A DNA stretch of 64,000 nt from assembly GCA_964016885.1 (NCBI GenBank), contig OZ024740.1, positions 91,574,001-91,638,000 of the forward strand, in the 5' to 3' direction. This document shows positions 39,590-52,200 of the stretch, piece by piece. Below the pieces are notes generated by a model that saw nothing but the letters and a program-made list of their open reading frames with translations, did not search any database and was not told the DNA's origin. A program made the position numbers and the translations under genes. The DNA is from Eledone cirrhosa (Eukaryota). The number at the start of each line of letters is the position of its first letter. The stretch's first letter is position 1.

Positions 39590-41283
39590 ATGCGTGTCTT
39601 TATTAGCCACAAGGGCACAACATAAGGGGACAAATACAAATGGGGAGTTTACATACGGGTATATGAAAATAAAACTATTAATAAAATATCAAATAACAAT
39701 TGATATCCCCAATAGGGGATAAGGCGTTACACAGGGGCTGTACACACCTCGTAAAAATGTACAACGCTCATCTCCATGAGCACCAAGAGTGAGTACTCCC
39801 TTCCTCTCTTCCTCTTTTTCCTTAACCTACAAGCTTATATAGAGAGACGGCCCAACCACTCGGGCCATCTTGGCCACATTCACCCATTCTTTTATAAAAT
39901 TTGCTGGGGTAGAGCACCTCTCTTTACATCCGGATTCTTCTTCTAAAATGATATTTGAAAAAACGAATCAGTTGCACGCCGGAGAGAAAGGTGTCTGACC
40001 TCAGCCCTTTTAACCTCGTCCACCTTATAACCTCTTTCACCATAGCCTTAACGCATAGGAAAACCGCCTCTCCCTCGTTTTTGAAGGAGGGTGGCGGTTT
40101 GATCACGACAATTGACTCGGTGATCAACTGGATTGGTCCCACCCGCGACAATAGTCGTTCTACATAGACACACAGGTCGCTAACGCCCGGACAGTGTACA
40201 AATGCGTGCGCCACGGTTTCTTCGTCGCGCACGAATCTCGGACATATCTTTTTCGAAGGGTCCACAACCGGGCGCCCGTGTCTGTAGAGCTCTTCGGTAG
40301 CCCTGCCAGGCCAGGGACTTTGGGAAGTTGTCCATTGGTCCCAGGCGGAATATCCTACCGAACAGACTGGCCAGTTCGTCCTCCTCTACGCCTAGAGTTT
40401 CTCCGACCGTGTTGTCGCACTTGCTGCGGACCAACCCTCTATAGAATGGCGAAGTGGAGTCTCCACTGATCGCCGGGTCCGTTTGCCAGAGGGCTGTGAG
40501 CGCCTGAGCACATTCGATGTGCCAGTCGCCCATTTTCCTCGGTCCCTGCTTGACATAGGACTGCAGCTCGGTCAGCGAGACGGTTCGTGGGAAGGCTGGC
40601 CTCACGAACGGGGCCAACATCGGTTGTCTGGTGAGGAATAGGTGGAGGTGCCGCAGCCTGAGCGTGTGTTTGCGCATCATCAGCCACAACATCCTCAGCC
40701 CTCCGTTTGAAGGGTGTTGGCAGCAGATGGATCATCTCACCAAAGGAGCCCGTTTCTTCCAAAAGGAATTGGAAGAGCGCGCGCTCCATTTTGGTGAGCG
40801 TTTTGGCTGGACAAGGCACGACGGTAAAGCGGTAGTAGATGACGGACGCTATAAAATTATTCGCCAACTCCGCTCGACCTTTCAAGGATAGTTTGCCCTG
40901 GCCCACTTCTGCGTGAGCGCAAACAACATGGTCGTCTACTCGTTCCACTACTTCTCCATCTGGAGGTCCGGACCAAACCAGTCCCCGCGCAGCTTTACCT
41001 GTCGTTCCGTCCAGCGTCCGACGACGCCATCGGAAGGCATCGGTTTGCCTCTCCACGTTCCGAGCTGCAAACCGACGGATTTGTCCCGGTTTAGCTTCGC
41101 TCCTGTGAACTTTTCGTATTCATCCAGTAAGGTGCCGATCTCGCCGATTTGCGAGGTGCTCGACACCTTTACTGTAACGTCGTCGGCGTAGGCCGACGCT
41201 GCTTTTCGCAGTCCCGGTTCCAAAGGGATGCCCTGCAATAGCTCCAACTTCCGTAGTAGTGGCTCGAGAGTCAGTACGTACAG
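39590..41283 (-). mobile_element. Tx1/L1-clade LINE, 5'-truncated, related to 49255-55062
   Basis: SAYADDVTV, KLNRDKSVGLQLGTW, LSLKGRAELANNFIASVIYY, CPRFVRDEETVAHAFVHCP; 3' end TGTGGCTAATAAAGA. Confidence 0.93.
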
Positions 41284-42342
41284 AGATAGATATATATATA
41301 GATAGATAGATACATGTATGTATGTATGTAAAAGGTAAACAGAAATAACAACACAATCTGCACAGTATATGGAAGGAATATATTAGGTCAACCCTTGAAA
41401 TAGCAAGAAGAGGGTTTTCATGATATGCTTTTTTAGAAAAGTGTATGGGTAGCGCGTCTTCCTGAAAAAGGAAAAATACCGTCTTGTGCGCGCGCGGTTG
41501 TATATTTATGCGTGTGAGTGTATCACGTTATGAATGGTGGATTTGCATATACGTATGTGCACGATAACCTTGTACAGGTTCTATCTACTAGATTTCATTC
41601 CTGCGGCAATTGTCACATATATGTAACACCTGGCATAAAAGGAACACCCTACAGTTTCCGTCCTTCCGTTTTTTTTAAATAATCGCCTGTTATAAAAATA
41701 AAATCCCTTCTAAACACTGTAAACTAGTATTAAATATAGAAATCAATATTTCACGAGATTGATACATGTTAGATAACGTATAGATACTGAATACAACAGA
41801 GTAACATCGTAACTAACATCTAAGTAATGAACTACACCTAACTCATCGGTGAACTATGCAGGCTTAGAAATATGTTATTAAGAAATAAGCGGCGAATTAA
41901 TACATATGACATTAACGTAATCAATGTAAACATGCGATGTGTGACAGGTAAAGAGAATAACAGCAATAGCATGGAGAAACAGTTATAACATAATGCACAC
42001 GTTGTGACAGAAATTCAAAAATAGGAATATATGAATAGTATGCATTGGAAGATAACTGCTCTAGCACAATTAAGATAGCCTCTGAGGGAGAAAGTGTGGA
42101 TGTAAGGGAGGTAACTCTTATCTCTATAATATCGAAGAAACACGCCATACACTTTTTCAACGTTATCAGCCTCAAACTATATATGAAAGCGACATTGTAA
42201 ACATCAAATAATCAATACTCGGTAACATTTAAATCACATGTATGCTTACATGTCTTCGCGCGTGCGTGCAATCATTGATATGTGCACACACACACGCACA
42301 TACACAGTCAAACACACACACACACATATATATATGTATATA

Positions 42343-42382
<40 letters not shown>

Positions 42383-42399
42383 AAATTGGAACGGGAACA

Positions 42400-42502
42400 A
42401 AACAGAGGAAGTAAGAACAAAGGTTTATTAGTTTCACGGTCTTGAGAGTGGGGGTGTTGTGGGGAACGACGTTTCGGGCATAAGCCCTTCTTCAGGCGAA
42501 AA
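42400..42502 (-). mobile_element. Solo PLE terminal-repeat fragment, homologous to 61680-61780
   Basis: TTATTAG.TTCACG...TGAGAGTG...GAC.TTTC.GGCATAAGCCCTTC.TCAGG.GAAAA in both places. Confidence 0.8.
42467..42496 (-). ncRNA. Minimal PLE-type hammerhead core
   Basis: C-CTGAAGA-A-GGGC ttat GCCC-GAAAC-GTC-G; no convincing stem I. Confidence 0.7.
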
Positions 42503-42527
42503 CATATATATATGTGTGTGTGTTTGC

Positions 42528-42559
<32 letters not shown>

Positions 42560-42715
42560 ATTATATATATATATATATATATATTCTGAGGATTGAAAGC
42601 AAAATATTTTGCTTTTAAGAAACCACTGGTAAATGGAATAATTGTCTTATGTTGTTTATTACATAACTATATATATATATATATATACATATGTGTATGT
42701 GTGTGTGTGTAGATT

Positions 42716-42785
<70 letters not shown>

Positions 42786-45700
42786 TATTTAATTATTTAT
42801 TTATTTATGTATTACCAGTGACACTGGCATAGCTTTATTCATTATAAAGAAGAAATGTATGTTTATCTAAAAAATATACGAATGTCAATTTATGAATGTT
42901 TTTCAGCTGTGATTAATCACATGTATCCCGGTACGTGTGTGAACGACAGGTACGTTTTACTAGAGGGTTATTTTATCAGGATGATAAAAAACTAAAGCAT
43001 ATATTTTCTTTCTATTTTCTATTAGTGCATAAATAAGCATGACTGAATACGATCGTTTATCAATATTACGAATTATAATTGCCACGGTTAATGAGCCATA
43101 ACAGTAACATTTAATAGATGTGCGCATAAGAACCTAGATTTATAGTGCTTAACTGTGTAATCAGTTTAAAAAAAAACAACAAAGAAAGCATTTAGTTTTA
43201 TTTCAGTATATACATAAATTGCTGAAAAGCACCAATGGTTAAGATTTGAAACCAGATTCACGGAGGCAAGGCTTCCTCCCTCGAGGACGACAATGCACAA
43301 TATGCCCTCCACATAAAATGCTAATATGAATAGGCAGCTAATATGAATATGCAACAGCAGCTTTGCAGCAAGCATTTCACTGCATAACAATGTAAATTGC
43401 AGAGCTGTTGAGATGTTTGCCAAATTTAGAAAGCTATATTTGTACGAACCACCACTGTTGGCACACACGTTATACCCACAATAGACACTATTGACATCCA
43501 AATAATTGATAAAATATGATAATTGCTGGAGGAGAGATCATACTATACAATTAACTCAAGAAATATTCATTTACAGCTGAAGAGAATTTGTGGTATATAA
43601 CAAAGCTACATGCAAGGTCGTAAAAGAAGACATATAAAACTCATCAGATATAGGAATACGGAGATAGTATTTCGTAGATAGTATTTCGAACTCACACAGA
43701 AGAAAGGGATGGGTTTCAATTTACGTTAAGCATTCGTGATGGTGTAACATTATTTGGTTATCTGTTACATACAGACCAGTTTATTGGAACACGCAAAACA
43801 CATGTTAACCACTTTTGACATTTCTACGTAAAGCTTATCACCTGCTGAATACTTCAAATCATAGGATTTATTTTAAAATAGACTTACAATGAAAATCAAT
43901 TTATTAAATTAGACCAACATACCAAACTTCTTCTCTGTGTTCTTCAAAGACTCAAATTCTAATGAGCTCAAGGGGACAATCTCTCAGTAATGTGAATTCT
44001 TGCAGAAAGATATGCGGCATCCATATTTATCTGACACGATATTCAGGGAACAGATATTGCATTATTCAATCATATTCAAGGCAGCTGCTTCACAGTTAAC
44101 ATGTAGATCAGCCATAATGACAGGTTGACAACGCTGACTTGCTGAGTTTCAAATTTGATATGCTTTCTACTTTTCCGCTTTTAATCTTGAAGAGAAAGTG
44201 TCTGAAATATTAATGTACATCTACCCTCCCCTCGGGAGAAACATAGTCAGATCTTCGGTGGACTACTCACATCAATACCACGAGCTATATAAAGAATGCT
44301 ATGAAACACAGCATCAACGGAGTGATGAAATCTTCCTTGTGACGAACACTTTTATATCCTAGATTTTCATGAATTACACATAGATGCATAGGGAAGGTAT
44401 ATAATCATCTGTACATGACAAAGCTTCAATTCATTTATTGGGGATCATGTTCTCCTAGCAATCTTCCCAACCCCTTTAAAATGGCTTATTGTATCCATTG
44501 CTTACATTCTTGCACGTTGTCCACGCAAATGGAATATTCTCCTGCAAATTGGAACTTATACGTCGAGAAGAAAAATAGCAGATGTTCATATATAAGCGCG
44601 TTTCCTATTGATCTCTTCAAATATATGTTATAGAAATAGAAATACCTGTTGATTCTATAGATTATTATTTTTCGACTGTGAAGAATCTCTCTTCAGCTAA
44701 TTTTGTAGTACTATGACGAGGTGTTGGAACAGGTGTTCAAGCATCGATGTTAGGACGATATGCCATAAATGTGGGATCAAAATACTTAGAAAAAGTGGTA
44801 AGAATGTATGTCACTTTACAATGGTGTGTTTTTTTTCAAATGTAATATTGCGTGGAGTAAATCAAGTATCTATTTTGAGTGCAGCGTTTAATGCTCTGGC
44901 TCACTCAACCATGACTTTGAAAATATCGTTAGTCAATATCATTGGGTTGGCTGACATTACGAAAATAACAAGGGCAATGAAGAATCATGTTAATAGCATT
45001 TACTTATGCATTTAAATAAAAGTTACGTGATGACCTTACGTAATGGGAAGTATCGTACGGGAAAATGGCAATTTTTCCGGTATTATCGATTTTGACTGTC
45101 TAACGAAACGGATATACGAGATCTTTATGAACTGCATCTAAAAGCCTTTTTCAGGTTAAAGCATCATATTTAGCGGGTGTTACCACTAGTGTTATCGAAC
45201 TAGTGCTTCTTAAACATTTGGATTTTTTTCTGTCCAGAAATCGTATCAGTTTCCATTGTCTGTGCACTTTCACATAGAAATACACAAAAGATGGATGTGA
45301 CAGCATCTATATAAACTTGACTGATTTCAATTAATTCCATTTACAGATATGGAGCCTTTGCTACTGCCTCTCTCACAAAATTATCTCCCAAAGCCATTCC
45401 TTTGCTATTGGCGAATAATAAAAACCGAGAAAAAAAACCTGAGAAAGAAACTATCTGAATATCAAGACAACGATCGGTAAAACCAGCAGATTTATCATCC
45501 ATCATCTACAACCGTAACATGTAATACAAATTATCAACTACGATTTCCGTGGATTGAGGTTCTAGGTAAGAACAGCAGCTAAGATGTCTCACGTAACACT
45601 TGGTTTCTGTTTGTTTCCTCTATATAGATCTACACTTTCTTCTGTGTCACGTATTTTTCCACTTAATTATAGTACATTAAATATGTAATTTCAGGTAGGT

Positions 45701-46223
45701 TTTATGTTTATTTCTTTTAAAGTTCCATGGGATAACGTTTGGCCGGCTTGTTAATAATGCAACAGCAGCATGGAAGCATGGTCGTGGAGAATTAGTAAAG
45801 CTTGCCAATGTTGCGATGTTATCTATGACGAAAGCTGCTACTCACTTCTCTCAGTGACTGTTGTCTCGCTTTTCGTCATGTTGTTTCCCACTCCGTCTAG
45901 TTATAGCCCCCATGTCATGTCTACCTACAGGCTGGCCACTTCCTTTCACTTCGTTTTGTCTCCTCGCGCCTACATGTCCAGTATAGTTGCAAATGTTTAG
46001 AATCAAATATCACAACTTCAATTATATAATAATCATAATTTTGTCTTGCGAAAAATTTCAGAATAGTTTTGGCATTCGTCGTATGCAGATTATACTTGGA
46101 GTAATAATAGTGAAAGATGGAAGAGCAAAACGGCCTTTAGACTCACCTGATCAATGAAACAATTCTTAATATTTGAAGTAAAACCTCTTGCTGTACAGCC
46201 TACCATGTTACTCTTCAATCTTC

Positions 46224-46343
<120 letters not shown>

Positions 46344-46535
46344 TCCAATACAAAGGTCTGACGACATGGTGTGTTTGCTTACAGTGTACCTTCGGTTTAT
46401 GATAATATTTGTATATTATTCAAATAGCGAGGTATAGGTAACCCATACACTATAGAAACAATTGTTACTTAATAAATTCTGTATACCCGCATTTCCATTT
46501 CATAAACTTCTCCATATATATATATATATATATAT

Positions 46536-46673
46536 GAACCAGTAAGACCCCGACAGCTGAGCTCAAGCCGTTTCGACGGCTAATTCTGGACTAAATGAAA
46601 ATTTATCCTGGTATTTAAATAGCCGATCTTCTGTGCGTTATGGTCCACCTGGTTCCTTACCACATTTCCTTCG

Positions 46674-46674
<1 letters not shown>
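46536..46674. mobile_element. Second copy of the 2053 family; minus strand gives a degenerate near-complete hammerhead
   Basis: The reverse complement reads CAGAAGA-tCGGCTA...TAGCCGtc-GAAAC-GGCTTGAGCTCAGCT-GTC-GGGGTC; same 3' tail before (TA)n. Confidence 0.75.
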
Positions 46675-46721
<47 letters not shown>

Positions 46722-46729
46722 ATTTCTGT

Positions 46730-47290
46730 GTTATTATTAGTATTGTTATTTTTATTTTCTTTCATTATTGTTTCTGAGCTATATGCCGAGTGTCTTCCTG
46801 ACACCTAGGGCAAATACATTCACACTGTGCATTGGTAAACCACTTAATACAGCACATTGATTATAATAATGATAATTCAAAAATCACTATACATATATAC
46901 ACATGTGCATATGCAAATACAAGGAGGGATATCAATCTACAGAGATAGTGCTCTTCTCAATACGTGCGCAGTACGAGTCAAAATAATTGTTTGCACCACG
47001 TGCAGAGAGTGTAAACCAGGAATCATTTGCAAATATTGTTCTGTTCCTTTCTTGATCATTCCCAGTCCCCCCACTATCATTGGTATTGTAACGGCCTTGA
47101 GGTGCCACATTTTCGTAGCTTGTCAAATTCATTTGCCGCCATATTGTGATCACATGGGATGCTCATATCTATAAACAAACAGACCGTCTTATGTTCATCT
47201 TTTATAATGATGTCACGTCTATATGCTTTTTATGGCCCTGTCACTATATACAGGAAAGTTCCAGATAATTGTTACTATTTCTCCCTTCAG
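46730..47290 (-). mobile_element. R4/Dong-type LINE 3' fragment (endonuclease domain and TAA-rich tail)
   Basis: RRDIIIKDEHKTVCLFIDMSIPCD; KMWHLKAVTIPMIVGGLGMIKKGTEQYLQMIPG...TAHVLRRALSL*. Confidence 0.85.
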
Positions 47291-47304
47291 TTACAGCCTC
47301 AGTG

Positions 47305-49091
47305 TATTATTATTATTACAGTTGAATTTATCTTGCTTTATGTTCATACGAGTTATCACCAGGACTAACCAGTGACCTCGAGAGATAACAAGGTCCGCCA
47401 TGTTCAAGAAAGAACATACATACACACACATGCATCTTTAGGTGTTTAGACTTGTGATATACTTATTGACAGAATCTTCCTTAGTATATCGGCAGTTCCC
47501 ATTAGTACTATATTTTGTATTTCTCCTATACGCGGGTTTCCTGGGATTTGCGATAAGTAATCATTAGACCCCTTAGGTATCATTCCTAGAGCGCCTACAA
47601 CCACTGATATTGTTTTACTTCTCAATTTCTACATTCTTCCAATTTCTATCTCCAGGTCCTTATATTTGCTCAATTTTTCAAAAGTTTTTTATAGATACAT
47701 TCTTGTCTATTTGGAACGGACATATCAATTAGCAGGCACACCCTCTGTTTAAAGTCCTTCAGTATTATATCAGGTCTATTTGCACCTATTTTTCGGTCTG
47801 TTTGGATGCTAAAGTTCTACAAGTTTGTGATGTGATCTTTTTCAAGTGTGGAAGGTGGTTTGTGCATGTTAGGTATTCGGTTTGAGCTATAAGATTGCAC
47901 ATTAAAATTATATGATCAATGGTCTATGGTTGTTTTTTACATACACGGCATAATGGGCTTTATCCATTTTTTATTATGTTGGGTTGGTAATTTTGTTTGT
48001 TGGCAGAGACTGATCTTGTGCTCATATAATCAGTCCTTCAGTCTCCGAATGCAGTCCAGAGGATGCCAATCACTGATGGGTTAAGGTTTTGTCAACATCA
48101 AGATTGTTAGCTCGCTCTGGGTATTTTCCATACAGAAGGCTTTTCTTGCCATTTCTTAGCCAGTTCTATAGCAGTTCTTTCTTTGCAGTTACTTTTACCG
48201 GCTTTGCTTTTTTTGTGTTTTCCATTTCAGCAGTAAATGGGACTTCTGAAATGTGTAGTCCATTACTGTATCTTTGTGCATCTTGTGTAATGGATTATGA
48301 TATGTTGATGCTTTCGTGTTTCAAAACGAGTTAGATCATCCAATCATGTGAATCCCTTAGATATGTAGATAATCCAATTGTTGCAGTTTTTAACCCAATA
48401 TCTAACTGGATTAACCCACGCCCCCCTTTTTCCTTGGGAGATATATTCTATCTGTATCTGCCTTAGGGTGATGCATTCTGTGCATGGTTAAGCATTTTCT
48501 AATTTTTGTATCGAGCCTACGGATCTCTGTGCTTGACCAGTTGATGACATTGTAACTGTAGGTTACTACTGATAGGGCAAGCGTGTTTATGGCATCGATC
48601 ATATTACTTGCATTCAATTCCGTTCTTAAGATTGCTCTTACTCTGTGGTAACATTCCTTCCTTATCCTTTCCCTCATTATCGAGTCCTTGATTCCGTCTC
48701 CTTCACAAACGGCTAGATATTTTAAAGTTTCCTCTTGATCAAGTTCTCTTATCACATTCCCCCGATCAAGATTAATGCCTGAACTTGTCAGCAGCTTTCC
48801 GCTGGTGAACGTTGCTTTGGTGCATTTATCTAGTCCAAACTCCATTTTAATGTCATCACTGAACTGCTTCAATTGCCCTTGCAATTGTTCATCATTTTTT
48901 GCAAATAGTTTCAGGTCATCCATGCAGAACAAGTTATTAATGGTTTTGTCATAGACTTTATATCCATGTTTTGTTTCATTGAGCATTTTACTTAATGGTA
49001 TAAGTGCGATGCAGAATAAAAGCGGTGATAAAGAGTCACCCTGAAAAATTCCACAATTAATATTGAATTCTCCAGCTTCCAGTATGTTCAT
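47305..49091 (-). mobile_element. R4/Dong-type LINE, 5'-truncated and disrupted
   Basis: GIFQGDSLSPLLFCIALIPLS, CMDDLKLF, DIKMEFGLDKC, HHPKADTDRIYLPRKKGG, ANRPDIILKD, KYKDLEIEI, VVGALGMIP; (TAA)n tail. Confidence 0.93.
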
Positions 49092-49125
49092 TATTATTAT
49101 TCAAATCCAGTAATATTATTATTAT

Positions 49126-49253
49126 AGTTCAAATCCCGCCGAGGTTAACTTTGCCTTTCATCCTTCCGGGGTCGATAAAATAAAGTACCAGCAATGCACT
49201 GGGTAATTGCTGGCCTTGTGCCAAAAGTAGAAACAACTATTATTATTATTATT
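49126..49253 (+). mobile_element. SINE 3' half, same family as 5098, with (TAT)n tail
   Basis: Core GCCTTTCATCCTTCCGGGGTCGATAAAATAAAGTACCAG. Confidence 0.9.
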
Positions 49254-49254
49254 T

Positions 49255-52200
49255 GCGACCTACGTAGGAAATAGTATTATCGTGAGATCCGCAAATGTTT
49301 GTTGTTTTCAATTGTTTAAAATTGCCATTTATGGAAAACATGTATTGTTAACTGTATATAAGTGCACATACATTGTTTTCTGAAAAGGAAACTCAAAAAG
49401 ATTGGGGCCTTGAGCCCAACATTTAACCTTTTATAATTATCAAACAAAAGTTTTTTTGAAAAAAAATCATGGACGATTCACAGTCACACCTTCCTCACAA
49501 ACTAACACCACCATTGTAAATATTACTACGTTTGCCAACACGAAAAATATAAGCAGTAGCATTAATTTAAATTTGTCTCATGCAGACATTCATTTCCCGC
49601 CTTTACCAATGACTGCAGGTGTTGAAGCCGCCACCCCCACCACACCACAGCGTCAACAGAACAAATACAAATTAAAATAAAATATCTCGTGCCATCGAAA
49701 TTGATTCACCTAAAATCGACTCTTCCACACCGAACACCTCTGACGCCCTACTACCACAACTGAAACTAAAAATAACAATAACAACAATAACGATAACAAC
49801 AGCAACAGCAACAATGAGAATAAGAAAACCACCCTGTCTTTTGCCAGATTAGCACAAAGTACGAAGCAATCCAGGTAACTCAGGAGGAATTAGATGAGGC
49901 CGAGATAATGGTAAAGAAAGAAGGGTACATGGTCAGCCTCCCTCCCCCCGTCACACCTAATAAAATGGAGCATCGGCGCCTATGCACCGTGTCTTATGGG
50001 ACGATTAACATAAAATCGCGCCGAGTGGAACGAGTAACCGAGTCCCAAATCCAAAAAGCTTTGGAACAATTGTGGGCAAAAAAACCCACATCAGACGTGG
50101 GCATAAATATGGAACCGTGGACTTGTTCTTTGAAACACTACAGGAGGCCAGGGAACACTCCATGGCCCCATTAAAAAGTGACAACTTCACACTCGTCCCC
50201 AGCTATTGTGGCCAGTGACTTGTAAAGATCAGGGTGACCCACGTTCCACCAGCCATCGAAATTCCATGGCTAATGGCTGCTGTCCTCGATGGCATCGAGG
50301 CCAACACCAACTTAATCAAAATAGCGAAAGAAAAGCAGGTGAACTGGTCCGGATCTCGGATGGAGCTCCTTATCTAAGCTGACCAAAATAGCATTGGGGA
50401 GATCCCAGAGGTATAGACCTCACTGACGGCAGCCACTTCACCGTAATCGTCGAGGGCAGAAGGCCTAGGTGTGTCGTTTGTGGTGAACGAACCCAGCTAA
50501 GGGCTTTCTGCCCTCAGGCTAAAAGGTTGAGGCCATCTCTCTTACCCAGCCCAGTGACTCAACCATCCACACCACCAGCAGCAGAGATGGCAGCAACAAC
50601 TGTAGCAGCAACAACAGAATCAACTGTAACAGCAACAACCCCAGCAACAGTAGCAAAACCAACACCACCACCACCCAACGCGCCAGAACTAGCACCTGTC
50701 CTACACATTCCACCACGCCACAACTAAAACCAACGCCTGTGGAGGATTTTATACTCACTGACCTATCACAACTGGAGACAGATTGTGACGACGAGGAGTG
50801 GGAAACGGTATCAGGAAAAAAGAAAAAAAAGAAATAGAAGCCAAAGAATGTAAAAATCCACTTCCTTACCCCAAAAACAAAATTCAGAGGAAACAAATAA
50901 ACTATCAAACAAAAAGGTTAGGACATATATGCCACAATCCACACTAGCATCACCAACCCCATCACCACAAACACTAACACCATACCCATCATAAACCCCA
51001 ACACCACCATCACCAACACCACAAAAGTCACCAAAATGCGAAAGAGAAACAAACCCACAACAAACGCAAAGAAAAGAAAACAACCAAAACGATACACAGC
51101 ATTAAATTTGAAGAAAAACCAATTATTACACTTCATCCAACACAACACCAGCATCACAGAAAAAGAATACACAACAACCCAAATGTTCACACCACATCCA
51201 CACATACAAATCACTCGCATCACACAGAAAACGAAAACAAAAATTCCCGAAAGACATCGGAGATTTCCGACAATAACTCTCCTGGAGGATTTATAAGGAC
51301 ATCCTTCCTGAGGAGGCCACAAGCAGTGACAAGGATGGAGGAACCATGCTTCCTCTACGAGAAGTAAGGTAAGTGGTCTTTCCAATGTTTTCCACACTAT
51401 TTCAACATGACCTCACTCAGAATAGGCAGCATAAATGCGCGTGGCTTGGGGTCGTCATGGAAGCAGGGCCACCTGCTCAACGACCTCAGGTCACTAAACA
51501 TAGATGTAGTGGTCATCAGCGAGACCAGAATCTCCGAAGCACGGGCCTTCCACCGATCTTCGGCGGCTACGATGTGTACACGTCTCCCAACCGTCCTGAA
51601 TCGGGAGGAGGGGAATTGCTGTGCTTTTTCGGAGAGTTTTGGATCTCGCCATACGGGCCATCTTCCTGGACCCAGAAGGTAAGTTGGTGGTGCTGGACGT
51701 CACCAGCGGAGACGGGCAAACGTTCAGGCCAGTGGCCATCTATGCCCCGACAGGAGCAGGGTGGCCTGATTTCTTCCGGCTTCTGGAGACCTTTCTTGGA
51801 ACGTCCCGCTCTTTAGTGTTAGTGGGCGACTGGAACGGGATCTTAGATGCACGCTGAGACTGTGTGGGATTAATGGATAGGGGAGGATCGTGCAAGAGCC
51901 TCACCAACCTGTTCAGGCGTTTTGAACTGTCTGACAGGTACCGATTGGATTTCCCGAATGTGCCAATGAGGACATGGACAAATCGTTTAGGGTCATCCAG
52001 ATCATATCTAAATAGATTATTATCTACGGAAATACATAGGTCTAGCATAGGCTGTCCACAATTCAAGATAGTCAGCTACACGGACCACAAATTCGTGATC
52101 TGTGTGCTTGACTTACATAGGCTTCATAGACGAGGTCCCGGCTACTGGAAGCTAAACGCATACTTACCAGCGCGCAAGGCCTACAGAGACCGGATTAGCG

